Shown here piece by piece: positions 49,993 to 59,819 of a stretch of DNA of 64,000 bases. The translations under genes and the position numbers were made by a program. Where the stretch lies: positions 256,001-320,000 of the forward strand of contig CAVUWA010000010.1 in assembly GCA_963744995.1 (NCBI GenBank), written 5' to 3'. This DNA comes from Candidatus Eiseniibacteriota bacterium. Lineage in GTDB: Bacteria; Eisenbacteria; RBG-16-71-46. Every line of letters begins with the position of its first letter. The stretch's first letter is position 1. The notes under the pieces were generated by a model. It was not told where the DNA came from and did not search any database. It was given only the letters and a program-made list of their open reading frames with translations.

Positions 49993-50160
49993 CTGGCGTT
50001 TCCCCCCGGAAATCCGCCAGCCATTGAGCAATTCGCACGCCATCCTGGTGGACCGGCGCACAATGCGCAGCACCGCCGCCACTTCGCGTGCCCGAGCCGA
50101 ATGCCCCTGCGCGGTCTGACCCTCACGAGTGGCCGGAAATCGTGCAGCGTACGGTGCGAA

Positions 50161-51234
50161 CTAGGCGCCGTCGCCGGGCCCCGCTCCCTCGCCGTGGGCG
50201 CGCATCTCCGCGACCTCCTCGATCAGGCCCTGCACGACGGCCGCGCCGGGGAGCGCGATGAACACGCCGACCGGGCCGAGCAGCGTTGCGCCCGACAGCA
50301 CGCTCACCAGGATCACGAACGGGTGCAGCTTCAGGTGCTGGCCCATCACGCGCGGCAGGATCAGGTAGCCGTTGATCACGTTGATCACGCTGTAGATCAC
50401 GAAGCCCGTCAGCGCGAGCGACGGGCTGACCCCGAGACCGGTAAGGACGACCGCGATCATCGCCGTCCAGAAGCCGATGAACGGCACGATCTCGGCGAGG
50501 CCGACCACGACGCCCAGGACCGTCGCCCCTGGATAGCCTGCGATCGCGAGCGCGGTGCCGACCACGGTGCCCATGATCAGGCACACGATGGTCTGGCCGC
50601 GTACGTAACTGCTCAACGCGCGATCCACGGCGCGCTGCAGGGGGTGCAGCCAGCCGCGGGTGTTCTCGGGCAGGAAGCGCGACATGCTGTCGCGCACCGC
50701 TTCGGCTTCGGCGAGCAGGTAGAACGTCAGCACGGGCAGCAGCAGCAGGCGGACCAACTGTCCGAGGTTGCCGAACAGGTGGCCCGCCCAACGCACCGAG
50801 GCCACGCCGAGAGTCTCCAGGTGCGTGGTCGCGTCGGCGCGCAGGTTCTGGATGACCGGATCGATGTTCTCGCTGAGGCCGTGGCGCGCGGCGTAGCGGC
50901 TGGTCTCGTTGAGCAGCTTCTCGACCGTGCCCGGAAGACGCACCGCCAGCCGGCCGATCTCGGCTCCGATGCGCGGCAGGCCCAGGCTCAACAGCCACCC
51001 CACCACGACCACCAGCCCGATCACGACGATGGCCGAGGCGAAGCCACGGGGAATGCGCGCGCCGCGCGGGAACGGGATCCGTTCGAGCAGCCCGACCAGC
51101 GGCGCGAGAACGAACGCGAGCAGCACAGCCAGCGAGATCAGCACCACGATGTCGCGCAGCGCCCACAGCAGCACCAGCACCAGCGCGAGGCCGACGGTGA
51201 TCAGCGGGCCGCGGGCGGTCTCGAGCCGGCTCAC
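50161..51234 (-). CDS. AI-2E (PerM) family transporter
   Basis: YVRGQ, VPFIG, PRVMG..LKLHP and G..GVFIALP motifs. Confidence 0.88.
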   Translation of the reverse strand: MSRLETARGPLITVGLALVLVLLWALRDIVVLISLAVLLAFVLAPLVGLLERIPFPRGARIPRGFASAIVVIGLVVVVGWLLSLGLPRIGAEIGRLAVRLPGTVEKLLNETSRYAARHGLSENIDPVIQNLRADATTHLETLGVASVRWAGHLFGNLGQLVRLLLLPVLTFYLLAEAEAVRDSMSRFLPENTRGWLHPLQRAVDRALSSYVRGQTIVCLIMGTVVGTALAIAGYPGATVLGVVVGLAEIVPFIGFWTAMIAVVLTGLGVSPSLALTGFVIYSVINVINGYLILPRVMGQHLKLHPFVILVSVLSGATLLGPVGVFIALPGAAVVQGLIEEVAEMRAHGEGAGPGDGA

Positions 51235-51812
51235 GGGTGGTTCCCGAACAGCAGCGAGAAGCCGCTCAGCACCTGGTGCTCGGTGAAGTCGGCGACCGGG
51301 TCATGGAGCACCCGTCGGTAGCGGTACTCGATGCGCATGAGCGCGCCGTTGCCGGCGAGCATGCGCAGACCCACGTTCGCGCCGACCGGGTAGCGCGCGA
51401 GGCGGAAGCTGCCGAGCCATTCCTCGCGCACGCCGCCCGCGAGCGCCACGAACGGATACACCGGACCGGGCGAGGGATGCGCGAGCCAGCCGATCGAGCC
51501 GCCGGCCTCGAGCAGATCGAGCGGCCCCTCGCGTGAGTAACCGAGTTCCGCCTCCAGCGCGGCGCGACCCGCGCCCGCCGCGTAGAACTGTGCCGCGCGC
51601 ACCGCGACGGTCGCGGACGAGGTGCCCTCCACCCAGCCGAACGCCCCGCTGAAGCCGAGCTCCAGTGCGCCGGGACGGATCTCGGGATGCGTCGCGAAAC
51701 GCAGCATCTCGAGCGCCCGCCGGGCATCCGTCTTCTGTGCCTGCGCGACGCCGGGCACGAGGGCGAGGCCGCAGACGAAGGTGCAGGCGAGCACGGCGCG
51801 CGGCGCGCTCAC
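51231..51812 (-). CDS. Small outer-membrane beta-barrel protein
   Basis: Signal peptide (AQA|Q), alternating amphipathic strands, terminal GFSLLF. Confidence 0.65.
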   Translation of the reverse strand: MSAPRAVLACTFVCGLALVPGVAQAQKTDARRALEMLRFATHPEIRPGALELGFSGAFGWVEGTSSATVAVRAAQFYAAGAGRAALEAELGYSREGPLDLLEAGGSIGWLAHPSPGPVYPFVALAGGVREEWLGSFRLARYPVGANVGLRMLAGNGALMRIEYRYRRVLHDPVADFTEHQVLSGFSLLFGNHP

Positions 51813-52888
51813 GGCGCCCACGCGGCGGCGAGCTCGGACAGGGCCGGCTTGCCCATCGGCGTGAAGTCGGCGTTGCCGGGACCGCCCGATCCGTCTGCGA
51901 GAAAGTTCCACCAGTCCATGCCTTCCATCCATGGCAGGCCGCCCACGGTCTCGAGCGCGGCCCAGTAGAGATCCGCCTGCTCTTCGAGATCGATCGTCCC
52001 GGCCGGCCCCGCCGCGCTGGGATCGCGTCCGGCGCCGTCCACGCTGCGATAGCCGATCTCGGTGAGCAAGATACGCTTTCCGGTGCGATGGTGCAGACGC
52101 TCGAGCCGCTCGATCCACGGCGCCCAGCCGGCGAGCAGATCGAAGCGGCCCGCGTCGTTCCGCTCCGTCACCGGATCGTAGAAGTCCACACCGACCAGAT
52201 CCACGGCGTCCCAGAACGGCACCAGGCGCGCCTCGTCCCACGACGCGGCGTAGGTCAACGCGCCGCCGAACGCGGCGCGCACCGCGGCGATCGTCGCGCG
52301 CCACTCGCCTTCCCGCTCGAGCGTCCCCGCGAGCTCGGTGCCGACCACGAAGCGCGAGGCACCAAGCGAATCGGCGAGTCGCGCCCAGGGCAGGATGAAG
52401 GCCCGGTACGAAGCGAACCATGCGGCCGGGTCGCCGGGCTCGAGGTGTGCGCGCCACGTGCCGTCGTCGACGTCGACGTGCGGCTTGATCGCGACCTCCA
52501 TGCCGCGCGCGAGCGCGGCCTCGGCGACGGAGCGCACCGCGCCGGGCGTGGGCGCACGCGGGTCGTTCGCGCGGACCACGCTCGCGTGCACGGCGCTCTG
52601 ATACCCGGTGACGAGAATCGTCACGCTGCGCACCCCCGCGGCGCGCATCGCGTCCAGCGTGAGGCGCGCGGCCGGTTGCTCGTAGCCGTTCGTGCTCCAG
52701 TCGGCGAGGATCGCGCCGCGGACCGGCGGAACGAACGAGCGCACGGGACGGTCGGGCAGCCGCGTGCAGCCCGACAGCAGGGCGGCCGCGAGGCAGGCGG
52801 CCATCCCGTGCGCGGCAACGGCCGCGGCGCGCGCGCCCATCATGCGCGCCCGCGACGCGTCGCGCCGGCGGCCGGCCGCGACGCTCAC
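51809..52888 (-). CDS. GH113-like glycoside hydrolase lipoprotein (beta-mannanase-like TIM barrel)
   Basis: Lipobox LLSGC; KPHVD..DG.WR, VGTEL, TYAASW and LTEIGYRS motifs. Confidence 0.8.
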   Translation of the reverse strand: MSVAAGRRRDASRARMMGARAAAVAAHGMAACLAAALLSGCTRLPDRPVRSFVPPVRGAILADWSTNGYEQPAARLTLDAMRAAGVRSVTILVTGYQSAVHASVVRANDPRAPTPGAVRSVAEAALARGMEVAIKPHVDVDDGTWRAHLEPGDPAAWFASYRAFILPWARLADSLGASRFVVGTELAGTLEREGEWRATIAAVRAAFGGALTYAASWDEARLVPFWDAVDLVGVDFYDPVTERNDAGRFDLLAGWAPWIERLERLHHRTGKRILLTEIGYRSVDGAGRDPSAAGPAGTIDLEEQADLYWAALETVGGLPWMEGMDWWNFLADGSGGPGNADFTPMGKPALSELAAAWAP

Positions 52889-55131
52889 AATTTCAATTCC
52901 CCGATCAGCGCCCGGGCACGGGCGGCGGTCGCGGGGTCGCTGCGCGCGGCGAGCGACTCGAGGATCTCGCGCGCCAGCGGGCCGTCGCCGGTCTTCGCGA
53001 GGATCCGCGCATATTCGGTCTGCAGCGCCGCGGGCGGCTCGCCGTCGCGGGCGATGCGGCCGATCGTGCGCTCGATGACGCCGCGCGCGTCGGCCCACTC
53101 GCCGTCGGCTGCGGCGGCAGTCGTGTACACGAGGCACGCCTCGACGTCGTCGGGGATCACCTCCAGCGTGGCCCGCGCGAAGAACCGCGCGGGCGCATCG
53201 CGGCCGAGCTCGACGAGATAGACCGACATCGGATGCGCGAACGGCCGCACCAGGCTCGCGTACATGTGATCGAGCACGCGCACCCACGGTGCCGCCGCAC
53301 CGTTCGGCGCGCGCACGGCCCCGTCGGTCCGTGCCGCCGGGGGCAGCGCCGCGTCCTCGAGCGCGCGCCGGCCCGAAAGCGGCAGCGTCGCCGCCCACCA
53401 CAGCGGATCGAGCGGTCCCATGGCCCGCGCGGCCGCACGGAACGCCGGCGAGACGCGGCGGATCGTGATCGCCGGACCTGCGGCGCCGCGGCCGGGGTGG
53501 AATTCCGCGGCGACCCCGCAGGTGCGCGCCAGCAGCCGGTAGAACGCGGCCTCCGCCGCGAAGCGCGCGGAGTCCGCCATGAACCGGCTGCCCACCGCAT
53601 CCGTCGTCACGATGAAATCCACGGCCTCGAACAGACGCGGGTCGTACGACAGCTGATCGAACTCGATCGCTTGCGAGGCCAGGCGCACCGTGACCGGTCG
53701 TCCGGAGGAGTCCGGGACCACGACGGTGCCCGGCCCCACGCTCACGAACGGCAGCTGCACCGCGTGGAAGGCCGGACGGCGCAGATAGCGCGCGCGCGCG
53801 GAATCGCTCGCGGTGCGGAACAGGCGATGCGACCGCATGTCGAGCGCGCGCAGACGCGTGTGCAGCGCGGCGCCGTAGGCCTCCTGCACGATCAGCGGCG
53901 ACGCGTCGGTGTTCTGCTCGAACCAGCGTGCGGCCAGCACCCGCGTGGACAGCGGCCTGAGCAGCGCGCCGCCGAGCGCGTAGGGCACCAGCGGCAGCAC
54001 GAGCACGGCCGGCGCGAGGGCCACGCTCACCGCGCGCCACCGGTCGGGGGCGCGCGCCGCCAGATCCATGAGTGCCGCGCAGGCGAGCAGCGCGGCCGGC
54101 CCGAGCATCGGAATCAGATAGCGGTCCGCCTCGATCCGCGCGGTGAACACGGGCAGGGCGTACGCGGCAAGGGCGACCCACAGCACGATGTCTTCGCGAC
54201 GCTCGCGCCGGTGCATGACGGTGAGAACCAGCGACACCGGCAGCAGCACCAGACCGACCGGGCCGAGGTTTCCGAGCAGCCTGCCGAAGTCGAACGCCGC
54301 ACGGGGGCCGGCGGGCCCGCCGAGCCCCGCAGCGGGCAGCTGGCGCACGAAGCCGACATCGTGCACGAACGCATGGAAGTCGAGCACGGCGTACGGCGTG
54401 GTGGCGAGGAACACGACGAACGCCCCCGCCGCAGCGATCGGCCAGGCGAGCCATGCGCGCCCGGGGCGGCGCATGAACAGCACGACGCCGAGCGGCAGCA
54501 GCAGCGTCGCGGCCGGATACGCCGCGCCGGTGGCGAGCCCGATCAGCACGACGGCTGCGACCAGCGAGGTCTTCCGGCCGTCGCGCAGATGGCGGATCAT
54601 CGCCAGCAGCGCGCCGGCCGACAACGCCGCCATGTACGTGTCGGGCACGATCGTCCGCACCCCGTGCAGCATCGTGATCGAGATCGCGAGCACGACGCCG
54701 GCCACCAGTCCGGCGCCGGGACGCAGCCGCTCGCCGAGCCAGGCGATCGCGCCGATGCCGGCCAGCTCGAACGTCGTTGCCATCACGCGTGCGGCCACGA
54801 CCAGCGCGCCCGGGTCGGTGTGGTACGCGAGGAAGTAGTCGGCCTTGTTGGTCCATGCGCCGGTCAGGAGGCCGAACGCGTACTGCACCTGCTGCAGCGC
54901 GAAGTGCAGATAGAGCGTCAGCGACGGGTGCTGGAAGCGGTGCGGGTCGAGGGCGAGCCGGCCGGCGTCCCAGCCCCACATCGCCCAGGCTTCGCGGAAC
55001 GGCCAGGCCTCGTCGAGAAACTCGGGCAGACCGTGCCCCCACTGCAGCATCCGGAACGTGAGCCCGAGCGCGATCGCCAGGCCCAGCGCAACCTTCTGCC
55101 GCAGCCTGAGTGGCCCGGGCTCCCAGCTCAT
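52885..55131 (-). CDS. GT-C fold (PMT/ArnT-like) glycosyltransferase with C-terminal TPR-like region
   Basis: First-loop DE motif (GLPEFLDE), many TMs, DRYLIP motif. Confidence 0.75.
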   Translation of the reverse strand: MSWEPGPLRLRQKVALGLAIALGLTFRMLQWGHGLPEFLDEAWPFREAWAMWGWDAGRLALDPHRFQHPSLTLYLHFALQQVQYAFGLLTGAWTNKADYFLAYHTDPGALVVAARVMATTFELAGIGAIAWLGERLRPGAGLVAGVVLAISITMLHGVRTIVPDTYMAALSAGALLAMIRHLRDGRKTSLVAAVVLIGLATGAAYPAATLLLPLGVVLFMRRPGRAWLAWPIAAAGAFVVFLATTPYAVLDFHAFVHDVGFVRQLPAAGLGGPAGPRAAFDFGRLLGNLGPVGLVLLPVSLVLTVMHRRERREDIVLWVALAAYALPVFTARIEADRYLIPMLGPAALLACAALMDLAARAPDRWRAVSVALAPAVLVLPLVPYALGGALLRPLSTRVLAARWFEQNTDASPLIVQEAYGAALHTRLRALDMRSHRLFRTASDSARARYLRRPAFHAVQLPFVSVGPGTVVVPDSSGRPVTVRLASQAIEFDQLSYDPRLFEAVDFIVTTDAVGSRFMADSARFAAEAAFYRLLARTCGVAAEFHPGRGAAGPAITIRRVSPAFRAAARAMGPLDPLWWAATLPLSGRRALEDAALPPAARTDGAVRAPNGAAAPWVRVLDHMYASLVRPFAHPMSVYLVELGRDAPARFFARATLEVIPDDVEACLVYTTAAAADGEWADARGVIERTIGRIARDGEPPAALQTEYARILAKTGDGPLAREILESLAARSDPATAARARALIGELKL

Positions 55132-55619
55132 GAGCCGTCCGCTTCCAGCTCCACGAGCGCGACGCCGGCGTCCACCATCTCCCCGGTCCCGGCGGCGATC
55201 GACTTCACGACGCCGTCGCGCGGGGCGCGGATCAGGTGTTCCATCTTCATCGCTTCGATCGCCACAAGTGCCTGACCCTTCGAAACCTCATCGCCCGGCG
55301 CCGCCATCACGCGCGTGACGACGCCCGGCATCGGCGCTTCGAGCCCGTGGCCGTGGCCCGCGCCGCGACGGCCGGCGGCGCGCAGCCGGCGTCCCAGCAC
55401 GTAGTCGAGCCGGCCGACGCGCACGAAGCGACGGTCACCGCTCGCGAGGACGCGCGCCACGGTGACGACGCCGTCCACCGCCAGGCTCATGCGCCCGTCC
55501 ATGCCGGCGTCGATCGTGACCTCGAACGCGGCGCCGTCCACCTCCGCACGAAACCGGTTCCCGCCGAGCGGCGTCAGCGTGACCGAGCGTTCGTGCGCGC
55601 CGTCGCGGAAGTCGCTCAT
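55128..55619 (-). CDS. Biotin carboxyl carrier (BT + biotinyl domain) of an acyl-CoA carboxylase
   Basis: APMPG and EAMKME motifs. Confidence 0.9.
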   Translation of the reverse strand: MSDFRDGAHERSVTLTPLGGNRFRAEVDGAAFEVTIDAGMDGRMSLAVDGVVTVARVLASGDRRFVRVGRLDYVLGRRLRAAGRRGAGHGHGLEAPMPGVVTRVMAAPGDEVSKGQALVAIEAMKMEHLIRAPRDGVVKSIAAGTGEMVDAGVALVELEADGS

Positions 55620-55622
55620 CGC

Positions 55623-57140
55623 CTAGGCGTCCAGTCCCGGCAGACGCCATGCGCCGAGCGTCGTGAACACGCCGGGAGCCGCGGCCGCTCCGTCTGATGA
55701 GCGCGCCGCTCTTCCGGGCGCCCGCGCGAGACCGAGCAGCTCGGCCGCTTCGGCGGCGACCAGCGCCAGCTCCGGTGCGGGCGCCGCCACCATCGCCCGA
55801 AAGCGCTCGAGGAACTCGCGCTCGATCCACTCGGTATCCGCCGACGCGTGGCGCACGGCTTCGTCGCGCAGCAGCGCGCGCAGGAAGGGCAGGTTGGTGA
55901 TCACACCCTGGATCAGCGCGGCGTCGAGCGCGGCCGCGAGCCGGGTGATGGCCGCACTGCGGTCCGGGCCGCAGGTCACTACCTTGGCGAGGATCGGATC
56001 GTAGTGGACCGGCACCGCGTCGCCGGCGTCGATGCCCGCATCCACGCGCACGAACGGGCCGCCCGGCCACTCGACGCGCGACGCCACGCCTGCCTGGGGC
56101 AGGAAATCGCCGGCCGCGTCTTCGGCGTAGATCCGCGCTTCGATCGCGTGACCGCGGCGCGTGACGTCCCGCTGCGCGAGCGGCAGACGGCCGGTGGCCG
56201 CAATCTCGACCTGCATGCGCACGAGGTCGAGCCCGGTCAGCCGCTCGGTCACCGGATGCTCGACCTGCAGCCGGGTGTTCATCTCGAGGAAATGGAACGC
56301 GCCGTCCGGCGCCAGCAGAAATTCCACCGTGCCGGCGCCGCGGTAGCGGGCCTGCTTCGCGAGGGCCACCGCGGCGCCGGTCATGCGCTCGCGCAGCGCG
56401 TCGTCCACGGCCGCGGACGGCGTCTCTTCGATCACCTTCTGGTGCCGGCGCTGCAGCGAGCATTCGCGCTCGAACAGGTGCAGCGCATCGCCCCTGCCGT
56501 CGCCGAAGACCTGGACTTCCACGTGGCGCGGGCGTTCAATGCGCTTCTCCAGATAGAGCGCCGCGTCGCCGAACGCCGAGGCCGCGAGCCGCTCCGCGCT
56601 CTCGACCGCTTCGGCGAGCTCGTCGGCGTCGTTCACGACGCGCATGCCCTTGCCGCCCCCGCCCAGCGCCGCCTTGACCAGCACCGGGTAGCCGAGCTGC
56701 CTGGCGCCGCGGGCGAGCGCCTTCACGCCCTGCGCTTCGTAGCCGGGCACCACGGGCACGCCGGCCGCCTCGGCGATCTTCCGCGCGGCGCGCTTGTCGC
56801 CCATCGCGCGCGCCTGTTCCGCGGTCGGGCCGATGAAGGCGAGGCCGGCGGCCTCGACCGCCTCGCTGAACGCCGCGTTTTCGGCCAGGAAGCCGTAGCC
56901 CGGATGCACCGCATCCGCCCCCGCACGGCGCGCCGCGTCGATCAGGCGCTCCACGTTCAGATACGAGGCCCGCGGGTCGGCCGGGCCGATCTCGTACGCC
57001 TCGTCGACCGCGCGCACGTGACGCGCGCCGCGGTCGACCTCCGAGTAGACGGCCACCGGCGCGATGCTCATCTCGTGCAGCGTGGCCGCGATGCGGCACG
57101 CGATCTCGCCGCGGTTGGCGATCAGAACCTTCTTGAACAC
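55623..57140 (-). CDS. Biotin carboxylase (methylcrotonyl-CoA carboxylase alpha-like)
   Basis: VLIANRGEIA, HPGYGFLAEN, RECSLQRRHQK and EMNTRLQVEHPVTE motifs. Confidence 0.92.
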   Translation of the reverse strand: MFKKVLIANRGEIACRIAATLHEMSIAPVAVYSEVDRGARHVRAVDEAYEIGPADPRASYLNVERLIDAARRAGADAVHPGYGFLAENAAFSEAVEAAGLAFIGPTAEQARAMGDKRAARKIAEAAGVPVVPGYEAQGVKALARGARQLGYPVLVKAALGGGGKGMRVVNDADELAEAVESAERLAASAFGDAALYLEKRIERPRHVEVQVFGDGRGDALHLFERECSLQRRHQKVIEETPSAAVDDALRERMTGAAVALAKQARYRGAGTVEFLLAPDGAFHFLEMNTRLQVEHPVTERLTGLDLVRMQVEIAATGRLPLAQRDVTRRGHAIEARIYAEDAAGDFLPQAGVASRVEWPGGPFVRVDAGIDAGDAVPVHYDPILAKVVTCGPDRSAAITRLAAALDAALIQGVITNLPFLRALLRDEAVRHASADTEWIEREFLERFRAMVAAPAPELALVAAEAAELLGLARAPGRAARSSDGAAAAPGVFTTLGAWRLPGLDA

Positions 57141-57317
57141 GGAACGCCTCCGGGTGGAACGGCCTGCGGCGGGAGAACCTAGCACAGCGGCCGGACGCGC
57201 CGCGCAAGGGCCTTGACCGCACCCCCGCCGCCGTTCATTCTCCGTCCCGTCTCCACACGGACGCGTGGAGCGACCGCGCGTCGTCCGCAACGACGCAGAT
57301 TCGGACCAGGAGGGTTC

Positions 57318-57959
57318 ATGCGCTACGCCACTCTGCTTCTCTGTGTCCTCGCCGCCGGCTCGCTGTTCGCGGCTCCCGTTCACGCCGTCGAGCTCGGCGC
57401 CGAGGTCTACGGCAGCTTCAACACGTACCAGATGGGCGACTGGAACGACCTGGTCGACGAATCCAACGCGGCCGGCGCCAACTTCGACAACATCAACAAC
57501 GGCATCAGCGGCGGCATCGGCGCCCGCGTCTGGGCGAACCCGAACGTGATGGTGGCCGCCACATGGGAGCCCCTGTTCGCCTCCACCGAGGACATGGGCA
57601 TGAAGGCCAACCTGGATGCCAACGCGTTCCTCGCCACGGTCGCCTACATGGTCCCCAACGGCAACGCGAAGTACGGCGTCGGCGTGGGCGGCGGGATCTA
57701 CAGCATCAGCGGCAAGCTCGAGAGCCCCGGCGACCCGTCCATCGACCTCGGCGGCAGCACCTTCGGGTTCCACTTCCTCGGCCTCGCCGAGTGGACCGTC
57801 AGCCCCGGGTTCGGCGTCACGGCGGGCGCGGGCTACCGTGTCGCGAAGATCGACGACACGGAAGCGGACGGCCAGAGCGTGAACCCGAAGATCGCCACCG
57901 ACTATTCCGGCTTCACGGGCCGCGTGGGCGTGGCGTTCTACCTGCCGATGAACCACTGA
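57318..57959 (+). CDS. Outer-membrane beta-barrel protein (about 8-stranded)
   Basis: Signal peptide (APVHA|V), amphipathic strands, terminal VGVAFYL; GGAGG RBS. Confidence 0.75.
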   Translation: MRYATLLLCVLAAGSLFAAPVHAVELGAEVYGSFNTYQMGDWNDLVDESNAAGANFDNINNGISGGIGARVWANPNVMVAATWEPLFASTEDMGMKANLDANAFLATVAYMVPNGNAKYGVGVGGGIYSISGKLESPGDPSIDLGGSTFGFHFLGLAEWTVSPGFGVTAGAGYRVAKIDDTEADGQSVNPKIATDYSGFTGRVGVAFYLPMNH

Positions 57960-57985
57960 CGCAGCGCTGCAGCGCAGCCATGCGG

Positions 57986-58019
57986 ACGGGCGCCGGATCT
58001 CCCATGATCCGGCGCCCGT
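57986..58019. terminator. 14 bp perfect hairpin between convergent genes
   Basis: ACGGGCGCCGGATC-tcccat-GATCCGGCGCCCGT; no long U tract. Confidence 0.6.
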
Positions 58020-58035
58020 TGCGCGTTTCCTGGGC

Positions 58036-58635
58036 TCAGGCGGGACGGGGGCGCAGCGTCTTCAGCATCGCGTCGAACTCGGACTCCGCGGCGTTCACGG
58101 TCTTCTCGGGCCCGGTGAACTTGAAGAACAGCGAACCGTTCGGCCCCTCGGCGATCGCGCCGAGCAGCGTGGTGTTCTTCTCCGCTTCGGCCGGCTGATC
58201 GGACATCATGCCGTGCGCGACGTAGGTGCCGCTCACCTTGACGCGGTGCACGCTGATCCCGTTCACGTCGAAGGTCTTCTGGTCGGCCGGGCCCGGATTC
58301 GTGAACTCGCCGACCCAGCGCGCGATGTTCGCATCGACACCGCCGCCCTGGCCGGGGCCGAAGAAGTACACGACGCACTGTGCGGCGTCGCCGGCGCCCT
58401 TCGCGGGCACCTTGTAGGTCGCGATGCGCACGCCGCTCGAGGGCTCGGCTTCCCAGCGATCGGGGGCGGTCCATTGCACCGCCACCTGGCCGGTCGGCTC
58501 CATCGTCGGCATTTCGGCCGGCGGTTCCGCCGCCGTTCCCGCGGGCGTCGCCTTCTGGCTGGTCCGCTGCCACGCGAACAGACCCAGCCCGGCGATGGCC
58601 ACGATCACCACCGCCACCAGCACTCGCAGATTCAC
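58036..58635 (-). CDS. Membrane-anchored hypothetical protein
   Basis: N-terminal TM; FFGPGQGG.V.ANIARW and FFKFTGP motifs; AAAGGAG RBS. Confidence 0.75.
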   Translation of the reverse strand: MNLRVLVAVVIVAIAGLGLFAWQRTSQKATPAGTAAEPPAEMPTMEPTGQVAVQWTAPDRWEAEPSSGVRIATYKVPAKGAGDAAQCVVYFFGPGQGGGVDANIARWVGEFTNPGPADQKTFDVNGISVHRVKVSGTYVAHGMMSDQPAEAEKNTTLLGAIAEGPNGSLFFKFTGPEKTVNAAESEFDAMLKTLRPRPA

Positions 58636-58696
58636 GTTCCGCTCCTTTCATGGGCGGCGATCCCGCGCCGCCCCCAGCCGCACCGCGAGCCGCAGC

Positions 58697-59476
58697 TCAC
58701 GACACGGTCCACTTCGGCTTGCGTTTTTCGAAGAACGCCGACAGGCCGTCCTTCGCCTCATCGGTCGAACGGGTCTCGGCGAGGATCCTCGGCATCGCCG
58801 CCCGATGTTCCTCCCACGTTACTTCCCCGAACAACTCCAGCACCGTCTTGATCCGCCGCTGCGCTCCCGGCGCGCCGGCCAGCAGCGCATCCACGCGCGC
58901 TCCGACCACCGCATCCAGCTCGTCCGGCGGGCAGACGTGCTGGACCAGCCCGACCTTCGCCGCGACCTCGGCCCCGAAGCGCTCGCCGGTCAGCATCAGC
59001 TCGCGCGCGTGCCGGTCGCCGATGCGCCGGATCACGTACGGGCTGATGATGCCCGGCAGAATACCGAGGCGCACCTCGGTGAGCCCGAACCGCGCGTCAC
59101 TGGCCGCGACCGGCACGTCGCAGCAGCACGCGAGCCCCACGCCGCCGCCGAACACGTTGCCGTGAATGCGGCCGACCACCGGCTTCACGCAGTCGGCGAT
59201 CGTCGTGAACAGGCCCGACAACGACTCGGCCTCGGCGAGGTTCTGATCGAAGGTGCGACCCGCCGAGGCCTTCATCGCGCCGATGTCGGCGCCGGCGCAG
59301 AACGACTTCCCGCGACCACCGAGCACGATCACCCGCACGGCGTCGTCGCGCGACAGCGACTGGAACGCACTGCCCAGTTCTTCGGCCAGCTCCGCCGAGA
59401 GCGCGTTGTGCTGCTCGGGCCGGTCGAGCCACACGCGTGCAACCGGTCCTGCGCGTTCGACGTCCACCAGTGCCAT
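58697..59476 (-). CDS. Enoyl-CoA hydratase family, methylglutaconyl-CoA hydratase-like
   Basis: FCAGAD, GGGVGL and LTEVRLGILP..ISPYV motifs; carboxylase context. Confidence 0.85.
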   Translation of the reverse strand: MALVDVERAGPVARVWLDRPEQHNALSAELAEELGSAFQSLSRDDAVRVIVLGGRGKSFCAGADIGAMKASAGRTFDQNLAEAESLSGLFTTIADCVKPVVGRIHGNVFGGGVGLACCCDVPVAASDARFGLTEVRLGILPGIISPYVIRRIGDRHARELMLTGERFGAEVAAKVGLVQHVCPPDELDAVVGARVDALLAGAPGAQRRIKTVLELFGEVTWEEHRAAMPRILAETRSTDEAKDGLSAFFEKRKPKWTVS

Positions 59477-59819
59477 GGCAACCTCCCCTCGATCCCCCGC
59501 CGGCGCCGCGATCCGCAGCACGCGGCCGCGGCCGCCCGGCGCCTGCCGCGATGCCCTTCACCGGGCAGCCCGGCGCCGGGCCGGATTCCGAACGGAATGC
59601 TCACCTCGCGCGCCGGCGCCCGTGCGTCGGAGCCGAGGTCGGAACGCGAACAGAATAGGGATGTCGGCGGGCCGGCTCAACGCGCCGATGCGGTGGCCCC
59701 ACGCCCGCAGGGTATGAATGAACTGTTGAGGCACCCGGAGGTGGGCGGTAGCCTCGCGGCAGTGGACCTGGCGCGGCCGAGCGCGTGTGCCGTCGCACGC
59801 CATGGCCCGGGAGGTGAAG

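Noticed and set aside
51809..52888. Gene-transfer-agent/phage baseplate TIM-barrel interpretation
   Set aside because: No phage genes nearby; the lipobox and intact GH113-type catalytic motifs favour a glycosidase.
59641..59665. Possible ECF promoter GGAAC-N17-GTC upstream of the CTD protein
   Set aside because: Too short to be significant, and no matching copy upstream of the ECF gene.
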